Assembly (NCBI RefSeq): GCF_021498145.1
Contig: NZ_CP054161.1
Direction: 5' to 3' (one strand)
Length of the DNA: 32,000 nt
DNA from: Escherichia coli
Lineage (GTDB): Bacteria; Pseudomonadota; Gammaproteobacteria; Enterobacterales; Enterobacteriaceae
Positions 13,784 to 22,143 of the stretch are shown here, piece by piece; positions within the stretch are counted from its first letter, which is position 1, and the number at the start of each line of letters is the position of its first letter. The translations under genes were made by a program, and so were the position numbers. The notes under the pieces were generated by a model. The model was not told the origin of the DNA. It was given only the letters and a program-made list of their open reading frames with translations, and ran no database searches.

Positions 13784-14968
13784 TTAAACGGGCTGCCCCT
13801 GATGCGACATCCGCGTCGCCAGCGGTAGCCAGCACAGCACGATCAACAATCCCATTAAGGTCATCAACAACCCCAGGCTGCCCTGACCGGTTTGCGGCAA
13901 CATCGCAGAGAGCGACGCCAGCACGCCGGAACCAATGTTTTGCAGACCGCCGACCAGCGCGCCCGCGGTGCCAGCCAGGAAGGGGAACGGCTCCATCGCG
14001 CCGCTGGTCGCCAGCGGAAACAGCATCCCGGCACCGAAAAAGAACAGCGCGGCGGGAACGAGCAGCGTCCAGACATTCATCACGCCAAACCAGTCGGGGA
14101 TCCACATCAGTAAGCCAGCCAGCAGGCAGCAGATAACCGACTGCCACATCAACGTTGAGAAGCGTTTATTAGGACGTCCGGCAAACCATGCCCCAAAAAA
14201 TGCCGCCGGAATCGGCAGAATAAACAAAATACTGACCGTCATACTGCTCAGCCCTAACACCGCGCCCATCAGCACGCCGGAGCAGGCTTCAAAGGCGGCA
14301 ATCCCGGCCAGACCGCCAATCAGCATCAGCAAATAACAGTTAAAACCGCTGTTACCGAAAAGCGTTTTATAACTGGTAAGCAGGCGTGTGCGCGGTGCGT
14401 CGACCGGACGCGTTTCCGGCATCCAGCGGGCCATACTGAAGGTCACACCGGCACAAAGTACCAACAAAAAGAGATAACAGGCGCGCCAGTTCCACATCGT
14501 ATCCAGCAGACCGCCGATTAGCGGCGCGAGCAACGGACTGACAAGAATCCCCATATTTAACAAGCTGTTAGCGTGGCGCAACTGTGTCCGTTCATATAAA
14601 TCACGCGGCAAAGTACGCGCCATTACGCCGCCAACGCCGGTGCCCATCCCCTGCATCGCGCTGGCAGCAATCAATACTGTCAAACTGGAGGTCGTGACCG
14701 CGACCAGCGTTGCCAGCATAAAAATGGACATTCCGACGAGGATCACCGGTCGGCGACCCACACGGTCGGAAATTGGGCCATAAAACAGCTGTGAGACACC
14801 GTAAGTCAGCAGATAAGCGCCCATTACGCTCTGCACCGCCCCTTCACGGACGTTGAGATCGCGCGCCATATCGGCAATAGCTGGAATATAAATGGTTTGC
14901 GCCATCTGACCGACGGCCACGAGTAATACCAACATCAATAACAAATTGACGTTTCTATGCCTTTTCAT
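13784..14968 (-). CDS. emrD: Multidrug efflux MFS transporter EmrD, 394 aa
   Basis: MKRHRNVNLLLMLVLLVAVGQMAQTIYIPAIADMARDLNVREGAVQ... MFS motif QLFYGPISDRVGRRPV. Confidence 0.96.
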   Translation of the reverse strand: MKRHRNVNLLLMLVLLVAVGQMAQTIYIPAIADMARDLNVREGAVQSVMGAYLLTYGVSQLFYGPISDRVGRRPVILVGMSIFMLATLVAVTTSSLTVLIAASAMQGMGTGVGGVMARTLPRDLYERTQLRHANSLLNMGILVSPLLAPLIGGLLDTMWNWRACYLFLLVLCAGVTFSMARWMPETRPVDAPRTRLLTSYKTLFGNSGFNCYLLMLIGGLAGIAAFEACSGVLMGAVLGLSSMTVSILFILPIPAAFFGAWFAGRPNKRFSTLMWQSVICCLLAGLLMWIPDWFGVMNVWTLLVPAALFFFGAGMLFPLATSGAMEPFPFLAGTAGALVGGLQNIGSGVLASLSAMLPQTGQGSLGLLMTLMGLLIVLCWLPLATRMSHQGQPV

Positions 14969-15130
14969 TATCACGGATGCTTTTATAAAAATAATTAGAA
15001 TAAGTCACTACGCATTCCCATAAATGCGGGAGAGGAATCTATCACATTGATAAATGTTAGCCAGATATACGCCAGGAATGGGGAATTGTTTAGCGGCAGA
15101 ATATGTAAACAAAAGCGGCAATAAATGTTG

Positions 15131-15184
15131 CCGGGAGGGATGGTAGGGCGGATAAGATGCATCAGCATCGCATCCGACACCAAC
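15131..15184. repeat. Degenerate REP-like palindromic sequence downstream of tisB / upstream of emrD
   Basis: GGGAGGGATGGTAGGGCGGATAAGATGCATCAGCATCGCATCCGAC resembles the REP consensus. Confidence 0.5.
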
Positions 15185-15200
15185 CCGCACGCTAAATATG

Positions 15201-15228
15201 AAAGGGGAGCGGTTACCCGCCCCCCTTT
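15201..15228 (-). terminator. Rho-independent terminator for the tisB transcript
   Basis: GC-rich inverted repeat AAAGGGGAGCGG-TTAC-CCGCCCCCCTTT just past the tisB stop. Confidence 0.7.
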
Positions 15229-15247
15229 GGTGCGACTTGAATCTGAA

Positions 15248-15337
15248 TTACTTCAGGTATTTCAGAACAGCATCAAGCAGTTGCAGTGCTGCAACAATGA
15301 GTTTGAGGATAAGAATGGCGATATCCACCAGGCTCAT
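15248..15337 (-). CDS. tisB: SOS-induced toxic membrane peptide TisB, 29 aa
   Basis: Read manually on the minus strand: MSLVDIAILILKLIVAALQLLDAVLKYLK*, with AGGAGACGCGT upstream. Too short for the supplied ORF track. Confidence 0.93.
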   Translation of the reverse strand: MSLVDIAILILKLIVAALQLLDAVLKYLK

Positions 15338-15573
15338 ACGCGTCTCCTGTGGTTCAGGAGCACTGCCAGCTGACGTACCTTTCCGCTGCCTGTTGCCAGC
15401 TGTTGTGCACGCGGTATCTCAAGGAGAAACGTTGTGCTCGTTGACATAACACAGTGTGCTCACGCGGGGTTAAGGCGCTGACGGCACCACCCGTTTCAGC
15501 CAGGACTTAGTGCGCCGGGTAACGATGCGGCCCCCGCATAACACATTGCGTACAGTGATATTATAGAAGTTTG

Positions 15574-15589
15574 CTGTATAAATAAACAG
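15574..15589. promoter_or_regulatory. LexA/SOS box (CTGTATAAATAAACAG)
   Basis: Perfect CTGT-N8-ACAG core between tisB and istR. Confidence 0.88.
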
Positions 15590-15697
15590 TAATATTTGGA
15601 CAAAACGCAAACTGTGATCGATACTCAACTATGCACTAAATACGTCAAAATTCGTGCCGAAATTGCGCGTTTTGCGCGGAACACGTATACTTTCTGT

Positions 15698-15772
15698 GTT
15701 GACATAATACAGTGTGCTTTGCGGTTACCAGCCGCGGGCGGCTGACGAAACCTCGCTCCGGCGGGGTTTTTT
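15698..15772 (+). ncRNA. istR: IstR-1 antisense RNA (about 75 nt) antagonising tisB mRNA; the longer IstR-2 would share this 3' end
   Basis: GTTGACATAATACAGTGTGCTTTGCGG... ends at terminator CCTCGCTCCGGCGGGGTTTTTT. Its 5' end is nearly identical to the + strand at 15440-15460, i.e. antisense to the tisB 5' leader. Confidence 0.88.
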
Positions 15773-15901
15773 GTTACCTGCAGTACAGTACAAAACGTGA
15801 TCAACCCCTCAATTTTCCCTTGCTGAAAAATTTTCCATTGTCTCCCCTGTAAAGCTGTGCTTGTATAAATATTGTTAAACACAAAACCAACAAGGTCCCC
15901 A

Positions 15902-16000
15902 ATGACTACTTCCATGCTCAACGCAAAACTACTACCAACTGCGCCATCCGCCGCAGTGGTCGTCGTGCGTGTGGTGGTGGTCGTCGGCAATGCGCCGTAG
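15902..16000 (+). CDS. ivbL: ilvBN operon leader peptide IvbL, 32 aa
   Basis: MTTSMLNAKLLPTAPSAAVVVVRVVVVVGNAP*, a Val/Leu-rich attenuation leader upstream of ilvB. Confidence 0.97.
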   Translation: MTTSMLNAKLLPTAPSAAVVVVRVVVVVGNAP

Positions 16001-16023
16001 GGACTGGAACAACACACGATTCC

Positions 16024-16057
16024 AAAACCCCGCCGGCGCAAACCGGGCGGGGTTTTT
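16024..16057 (+). terminator. ilvBN attenuator terminator
   Basis: AAAACCCCGCC-GGCGCAAACCG-GGCGGGGTTTTT hairpin plus T-run between ivbL and ilvB. Confidence 0.9.
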
Positions 16058-16105
16058 CGTTTAAGCACCTCCCGGAAAGTCGGCCCAGAAGAAAAGGACT
16101 GGAGC

Positions 16106-17794
16106 ATGGCAAGTTCGGGCACAACATCAACGCGTAAGCGCTTTACCGGCGCAGAATTTATCGTTCATTTCCTGGAACAGCAGGGCATTAAGATTGTGAC
16201 GGGCATTCCGGGCGGTTCTATCCTGCCTGTTTACGATGCCTTAAGCCAAAGCACGCAAATCCGTCATATTCTGGCTCGCCATGAACAGGGCGCGGGGTTT
16301 ATCGCTCAGGGAATGGCGCGCACCGACGGTAAACCGGCGGTCTGTATGGCCTGTAGCGGACCGGGTGCGACTAATCTGGTGACCGCCATTGCCGATGCGC
16401 GGCTGGACTCCATCCCGTTGATTTGCATCACCGGTCAGGTTCCTGCCTCGATGATTGGCTCCGACGCCTTCCAGGAAGTCGACACCTACGGCATCTCTAT
16501 CCCCATCACCAAACACAACTATCTGGTCAGACATATCGAAGAACTCCCGCAGGTCATGAGCGATGCCTTCCGTATTGCGCAATCAGGCCGCCCTGGCCCG
16601 GTGTGGATAGACATTCCTAAGGATGTGCAAACGGCAGTTTTTGAGATTGAAGCACAGCCCGCGGTGGCAGAAAAAGCCGTCGCGCCCGCCTTTAGCGAAG
16701 AAAGCATTCGTGACGCAGCGGCAATGATTAATGCTGCCAAACGCCCGGTGCTTTATCTGGGCGGTGGTGTGATCAATGCGCCTGCGCGAGTGCGTGAACT
16801 GGCGGAGAAAGCGCAGCTGCCTACCACCATGACTTTAATGGCGCTGGGCATGTTGCCAAAAGCGCATCCGTTGTCGCTGGGTATGCTGGGAATGCACGGC
16901 GTGCGCAGCACCAACTATATCTTGCAGGAGGCGGATCTGCTGATTGTTCTCGGCGCGCGTTTTGATGACCGGGCGATTGGCAAAACCGAGCAGTTCTGCC
17001 CGAATGCCAAAATTATTCATGTCGATATCGACCGCGCAGAGCTGGGTAAAATCAAGCAGCCGCACGTAGCGATTCAGGCGGATGTTGATGACGTGCTGGC
17101 GCAGCTGATCCCGCAGGTGGAAGCGCAACCGCGTGCAGAGTGGCACCAGTTGGTAGCGGATTTGCAGCGCGAATTCCCGTGTCCAATCCCGAAAGCGTGC
17201 GATCCATTAAGCCATTACGGCCTGATCAACGCCGTTGCCGCCTGTGTCGATGACAATGCGATTATCACCACCGATGTGGGTCAGCATCAGATGTGGACCG
17301 CGCAAGCTTATCCGCTCAATCGCCCACGCCAGTGGCTGACCTCCGGTGGGCTGGGCACGATGGGCTTTGGTCTGCCTGCGGCGATTGGCGCGGCGCTGGC
17401 GAACCCGGATCGCAAAGTGTTGTGCTTCTCCGGCGACGGCAGCCTGATGATGAATATTCAGGAGATGGCGACCGCCAGTGAAAATCAGCTGGATGTCAAA
17501 ATCATTCTGATGAACAACGAAGCGCTGGGGCTGGTACATCAGCAACAGAGTCTGTTCTACAAGCAGGGCGTTTTTGCCGCTACCTATCCGGGAAAAATCA
17601 ACTTTATGCAGATTGCCGCCGGATTCGGCCTCGAAACCTGTGATTTGAATAACGAAGCCGATCCGCAGGCTGCATTGCAGGAAATCATCAATCGCCCTGG
17701 TCCGGCGCTGATCCATGTGCGCATTGATGCCGAAGAAAAAGTGTACCCGATGGTGCCGCCAGGTGCGGCGAATACTGAAATGGTGGGGGAATAA
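16106..17794 (+). CDS. ilvB: Acetolactate synthase I large subunit, 562 aa
   Basis: TPP-enzyme motifs (GIPGGSILPVYDAL, GDGSLMMNIQEMATASENQLDVKIILMNNEALG). Confidence 0.98.
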   Translation: MASSGTTSTRKRFTGAEFIVHFLEQQGIKIVTGIPGGSILPVYDALSQSTQIRHILARHEQGAGFIAQGMARTDGKPAVCMACSGPGATNLVTAIADARLDSIPLICITGQVPASMIGSDAFQEVDTYGISIPITKHNYLVRHIEELPQVMSDAFRIAQSGRPGPVWIDIPKDVQTAVFEIEAQPAVAEKAVAPAFSEESIRDAAAMINAAKRPVLYLGGGVINAPARVRELAEKAQLPTTMTLMALGMLPKAHPLSLGMLGMHGVRSTNYILQEADLLIVLGARFDDRAIGKTEQFCPNAKIIHVDIDRAELGKIKQPHVAIQADVDDVLAQLIPQVEAQPRAEWHQLVADLQREFPCPIPKACDPLSHYGLINAVAACVDDNAIITTDVGQHQMWTAQAYPLNRPRQWLTSGGLGTMGFGLPAAIGAALANPDRKVLCFSGDGSLMMNIQEMATASENQLDVKIILMNNEALGLVHQQQSLFYKQGVFAATYPGKINFMQIAAGFGLETCDLNNEADPQAALQEIINRPGPALIHVRIDAEEKVYPMVPPGAANTEMVGE

Positions 17795-17797
17795 GCC

Positions 17798-18088
17798 ATG
17801 CAAAACACAACTCATGACAACGTAATTCTGGAGCTCACCGTTCGCAACCATCCGGGCGTAATGACCCACGTTTGTGGCCTTTTTGCCCGTCGCGCTTTTA
17901 ACGTCGAAGGCATTCTCTGCCTGCCGATTCAGGACAGCGACAAAAGCCATATCTGGCTACTGGTCAATGACGACCAGCGTCTGGAGCAGATGATAAGCCA
18001 AATCGATAAGCTGGAAGATGTGGTGAAAGTGCAGCGTAATCAGTCCGATCCGACAATGTTTAACAAGATTGCGGTGTTTTTTCAGTAA
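17798..18088 (+). CDS. ilvN: Acetolactate synthase I small (regulatory) subunit, 96 aa
   Basis: [45 protein letters not shown]... ACT domain. Confidence 0.98.
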
Positions 18089-18161
18089 GGAGCAATATTA
18101 AACCGCTCGGGGGGGTTACTGATGAGCGATTTTTGATAGATCCGTTCAGATATATAGGGTG

Positions 18162-18194
18162 AAATTGTGCCAGAGACCATCTCAGGCACAATTT
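18162..18194. repeat. Near-perfect 15-bp inverted repeat downstream of ilvN (hairpin, terminator candidate)
   Basis: AAATTGTGCCAGAGA-CCA-TCTCAGGCACAATTT, a single mismatch in 15 pairs. Confidence 0.75.
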
Positions 18195-18352
18195 ATTAGC
18201 CCAGGACGTTAATTTAAGTCGCTGCACCGATAACCAGGGGGTTGACAGTTAGGGCTAAAAATTTCCAGCGATGGTGTTAAATTCTGATTGCTGTCTATAC
18301 CAGTGGTCATGACCAGCATTCTATTAATTAATGGTTCATCGTGAGGTATATT

Positions 18353-19648
18353 ATGGCAAGCCCTATAAACAGCGGAACAATGATGTCAAATCCCTGCCCC
18401 TCCACCTTTTTGGATAAAAATAGAATTATTGCTGCTGAGCTTAATATCACAAATAACGAGAAAAAATATTCACCTGGCAGTAATTTCGCAAAATGGATGT
18501 TACAGGAAATAAAACGCTTAATAGCAAATATTATGTCCGGTTCTCGCAGTGTTAATACCGAAATCCTTAACTATTTTCACCCTATGCCAGGCACTGAAAA
18601 TAATGGTAATCGTACCTGGATGGCGGCAACTGGAGAGAACGAATATACCGTAATCGAACAAACAGGTGGCAAATCCTTTAAAGTTATACAGTTTGATGCA
18701 GGTGAAAAAAATACAAAAAAAATAGTAAAAGAAACATCATATTCTGGAGTGGCTGTGGCGACTATTATCAAATCGCTGTCTGAAAAAACTGCTGCGTTAG
18801 AAACACATTCTGCTGACACGGTTTTGAGGAAAAAATTAGTTAATAGTATTGTTATGATGAATACGGATTGTAGTTACGAAATGCCTGCAGACATTGTGAG
18901 TAATACATATGATTTATTAAACCTGCGAATTCAAAAAGATGAGGGCCATTTACCTGTTCAGGAAAAAATTGATATTACTGAGGATTATTTACACTCTATG
19001 ACTATGGATGCTCATAGATGTATAAAAGAACAAACTAAACCAAGTGGTGCTGCAAAAATAACTTGCTGTGGTGTTGAGTTAAGTAAAGATATTCTTAAAA
19101 AGTTTGCAAACAAAATTGAAAAAATTGAACAAGATCCAAAATATATTCAAAACACACTTGAAGAAATGGTTAAACAGCTTTGCTTTGATGTTAATGATTG
19201 TGCTGAGGTAAGAGAATTATTAAAACAATCAAACGGTAATATTACGGATGATAAGATTGATGAAATAATCGCTTGCTTAGCCAGTCCTCAGGGGATTACA
19301 TGTTTTTATTATTCTTCCGCACAAGGCTATCAGACTCGCTTACAACATACATCTCAAGATGTTCGCGAGTTACTCTCAAAGAGTTTGGATGGTGCCACTT
19401 CATTAACATTGCATTTAAAAAAATCAGGAAATGCTTTTTTTGGGTCTGGAAAGTATCTTAATGAAATGGATTTTACTATAAATGGGTTTAGTCAGAAGAT
19501 GTATTCGATGGCGGTTAATAATGTTGGAAATGAAGTTAAGCTTCAGTGTTCTCGTTATTTTACTACCGGTAGGGTCGACGAACAAAACTCCAAAATCGAT
19601 AAAGTCACTTTTACATTTTTCGGTGCCGCAACAACTGCTGATTTATGA
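18353..19648 (+). CDS. Uncharacterised accessory protein A (about 431 aa), paralogous to the next ORF
   Basis: The ORF continues to TGA 19648. The best start, ATG 18353 (MASPINSGTMMSNPCPS...), has SD GTGAGG 6 nt upstream. AT-rich composition differs from the flanking core genes. Shares collinear motifs with 19928..21391. Confidence 0.85.
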   Translation: MASPINSGTMMSNPCPSTFLDKNRIIAAELNITNNEKKYSPGSNFAKWMLQEIKRLIANIMSGSRSVNTEILNYFHPMPGTENNGNRTWMAATGENEYTVIEQTGGKSFKVIQFDAGEKNTKKIVKETSYSGVAVATIIKSLSEKTAALETHSADTVLRKKLVNSIVMMNTDCSYEMPADIVSNTYDLLNLRIQKDEGHLPVQEKIDITEDYLHSMTMDAHRCIKEQTKPSGAAKITCCGVELSKDILKKFANKIEKIEQDPKYIQNTLEEMVKQLCFDVNDCAEVRELLKQSNGNITDDKIDEIIACLASPQGITCFYYSSAQGYQTRLQHTSQDVRELLSKSLDGATSLTLHLKKSGNAFFGSGKYLNEMDFTINGFSQKMYSMAVNNVGNEVKLQCSRYFTTGRVDEQNSKIDKVTFTFFGAATTADL

Positions 19649-19927
19649 TTTTTGCCTGATAAATCGCGTTTATCATTAAGGTGAACGCGTATTGTTAACC
19701 GTCTGTGTGTAAACAGTCTTTTTGAAAAAAAATGAGCGATTTTTGATAGTGAATAAGTGGTGTTAGTGATGCAATTGCATTGGGGAAATCGATAAAAATT
19801 AACGGCACTATAGTCTTATTATTGAAATAAATGAAATATAGCGGTTAGCATTGAGATATTTATCATGCTAGCCATTGATACTTCTAACAATGTCAAAATA
19901 TGCAAAGTGTCATATTGCGAGGTTACT

Positions 19928-21391
19928 ATGGTTAGTGTGACGAGTTATTCATATCCAACGGAAACAGAGAATGATAATAGCCAGTTTCAGAGTCAGAGTC
20001 AGGGTCTTAGCCAGAGTCTAAGAGATAGTATCGAGGGTAATATTGCTGCATTTGATGCGATGGAGCAAAGCGGCCTGCTCGATAATTGTAGAACATTATC
20101 TAAAGATGCCACTTTTCGTGAAGTTTTCCGAAATATATTATTATACATTTTAGATTCTTTTCATATCTATCGGCATGATATCAGTGGTAAATTGGTTTCT
20201 TATTTTCATGTTACGCCTGAATCAGCGAATGCGAATTATAAAACATGGATCGCTACCACAGGCATGGATAGCTATATAAAAATTGAGCAGACCGGCAGTG
20301 ATAAATTTAAAGTCACTGATGTGTATCGTGAGTTAAATGGCAAGAGTTTGGAAAAAAAGAGTAGGGATAGGGATTTTAGTGGTCGAAATGTGAAAGAGTT
20401 TATAGGGTTATTATCAGAGCACGATGTATTGGAAAAGTATCAACTCTCAAAAGTAACAGTTGCTGCAAATGCTCTTAAGTTAGAAGTTGTTAATAATAAT
20501 TTTAAAAATGAACTCAGCAGTGGAGTTACTGATGCTGAGCACCAATTAAAAAAAGCGTTATATGAACAAACTCAATCAACTCCAGATAAATCAATCCAAT
20601 ATGAATTGATTCCAGATAAATTAATTCCAGATGATTGTAGTTATAAATCAGACATAAAAAAACTAGATGTTCGGGAGGGAGAGTTTAGTGCACTTCTTGC
20701 TGATGCATCAAGACATGTTGGAGAGGCTAGCTCATTTATTGCATGTTGTGGAGTTAAAATAAATAGCACTATCCATGAATTACTGAGGAGTAAAACCATG
20801 GCTTTGTCTGGTCATGGAGGTGTTAGAAAATATAAAGATTTCGAAAAACTTTTTAGTGAAATTGTATTTACGCCAGATGAATGTAATATTGTGAGAAACT
20901 CTCTACAGAAAGATGGTGTTGAGAAAAAAACCAGAGAAAATATTATTTCTTGCCTCTCCAGTATTTCAGGAATAGGTAACCTGTATTATGCTTGTTCACA
21001 GGCATTTCCTGTCGCGCTTGATAGGGGGGATATTAATGCAATACAGGCAAGCAATTCTATTTCTGCCGGGTTTAATAGTAACCCAGGGTTTTGTGCTTTG
21101 ATGGGAAAAACAAATTTTCTTTTTGCTGACTTTTCACTGCATACATTTACACAAACTCATTATATTGTAAAAGCCGAAATAAATGAAGCTGGTAACGATT
21201 TTAATATTGCTAATTTCATTTATCGAACATACGGTGAGGATTATATTCATAACGACTCAGTGGATGACTCTCTTAATGAGCGTTCCGCTGAAGATTATAG
21301 GTTTCTGGATGACTCTTTGTTACCTGAAAACGATTTCCGCAACAGGAGGAGAAATTTTTCAGGCAATATTGCAATCGCAACCTACAAATAA
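19928..21391 (+). CDS. Uncharacterised accessory protein B (about 487 aa), divergent paralog of the preceding ORF
   Basis: ATG 19928 (MVSVTSYSYPTETENDNSQFQSQSQG...) has SD GCGAGG 5 nt upstream. Motifs shared with the upstream ORF: NYFHPMPG..NGNRTWMAATG / SYFHVTPE..NANYKTWIATTG; IEQTGGKSFKV / IEQTGSDKFKV; ITCCGVELS / IACCGVKIN. Confidence 0.85.
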   Translation: MVSVTSYSYPTETENDNSQFQSQSQGLSQSLRDSIEGNIAAFDAMEQSGLLDNCRTLSKDATFREVFRNILLYILDSFHIYRHDISGKLVSYFHVTPESANANYKTWIATTGMDSYIKIEQTGSDKFKVTDVYRELNGKSLEKKSRDRDFSGRNVKEFIGLLSEHDVLEKYQLSKVTVAANALKLEVVNNNFKNELSSGVTDAEHQLKKALYEQTQSTPDKSIQYELIPDKLIPDDCSYKSDIKKLDVREGEFSALLADASRHVGEASSFIACCGVKINSTIHELLRSKTMALSGHGGVRKYKDFEKLFSEIVFTPDECNIVRNSLQKDGVEKKTRENIISCLSSISGIGNLYYACSQAFPVALDRGDINAIQASNSISAGFNSNPGFCALMGKTNFLFADFSLHTFTQTHYIVKAEINEAGNDFNIANFIYRTYGEDYIHNDSVDDSLNERSAEDYRFLDDSLLPENDFRNRRRNFSGNIAIATYK

Positions 21392-21417
21392 TTCGCTTTT
21401 TCTCAATAATACGTACC

Positions 21418-21445
21418 AAACGCTTACCTTTCAGGTAAGCGTTTT
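21418..21445 (+). terminator. Rho-independent terminator after the second accessory ORF
   Basis: Perfect 11-bp stem AAACGCTTACC-TTTCA-GGTAAGCGTTT followed by T. Confidence 0.8.
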
Positions 21446-21552
21446 GACGATAAGCCCAACATCATTAAGCCAATACATACCCCATATCCAACTTGAACAA
21501 CATCGCGCTTATCGTTAAGGTATGCGCGTTTTTTATCCGCCAGGACCCAATT

Positions 21553-22143
21553 ATGATCACCGTTGCCCTTATAGACGATCACCTCATCGTCCGCTCCGGC
21601 TTTGCGCAGTTGCTGGGGCTGGAACCTGATTTGCAAGTAGTTGCCGAGTTTGGTTCGGGGCGCGAGGCGCTGGCGGGGTTGCCGGGGCGCGGTGTGCAGG
21701 TGTGTATTTGCGATATCTCCATGCCTGATATCTCCGGTCTGGAGCTGCTAAGCCAGCTGCCGAAAGGTATGGCGACGATTATGCTCTCTGTTCATGACAG
21801 TCCGGCGCTGGTTGAGCAGGCGCTTAACGCGGGGGCGCGCGGCTTTCTCTCCAAACGCTGTAGCCCGGATGAACTGATTGCTGCGGTGCATACGGTTGCC
21901 ACGGGCGGCTGTTATCTGACGCCGGATATTGCCATTAAACTGGCATCCGGTCGCCAGGACCCGCTAACCAAACGTGAACGCCAGGTGGCGGAAAAACTGG
22001 CGCAAGGAATGGCGGTGAAAGAGATTGCCGCCGAACTGGGCTTGTCACCGAAAACGGTACACGTCCATCGCGCCAATCTGATGGAAAAACTGGGCGTCAG
22101 TAACGACGTTGAACTGGCGCGCCGCATGTTTGATGGCTGGTGA
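21553..22143 (+). CDS. uhpA: NarL/FixJ-type response regulator UhpA, 196 aa
   Basis: [27 protein letters not shown]... receiver plus LuxR-type HTH ([45 protein letters not shown]). Confidence 0.98.

Noticed and set aside
15131-15184. Possible CRISPR or tandem-repeat array near repeats
   Set aside because: Only single degenerate REP-like units; no regularly spaced direct repeats anywhere in the window.
15008-15449. Short ORFs around the tisB region (62, 60, 82 and 83 aa)
   Set aside because: They overlap the REP-like sequence, terminator and the tisB leader/antisense strand. The biology here is explained by tisB/istR.
15625-16122. 165-aa ORF on the minus strand covering ivbL and the attenuator (15625..16122), and 15918..16130
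   Set aside because: Antisense shadow of ivbL, the ilvBN attenuator and istR. No RBS or recognisable product; composition reflects the Val-repeat leader.
17207-17950. 247-aa minus-strand ORF antisense to ilvB/ilvN
   Set aside because: Shadow ORF opposite highly conserved ilvB/ilvN with no independent support.
19865-19927. 21-codon N-terminal extension of accessory gene B (MLAIDTSNNVKICKVSYCEVT)
   Set aside because: The downstream ATG 19928 has a GCGAGG SD at good spacing; the upstream ATG has none.
18089-21552. Accessory island as a prophage/IS remnant
   Set aside because: No integrase, transposase, tRNA attachment site or terminal inverted repeats could be seen. Only the short duplicated motifs are evident.
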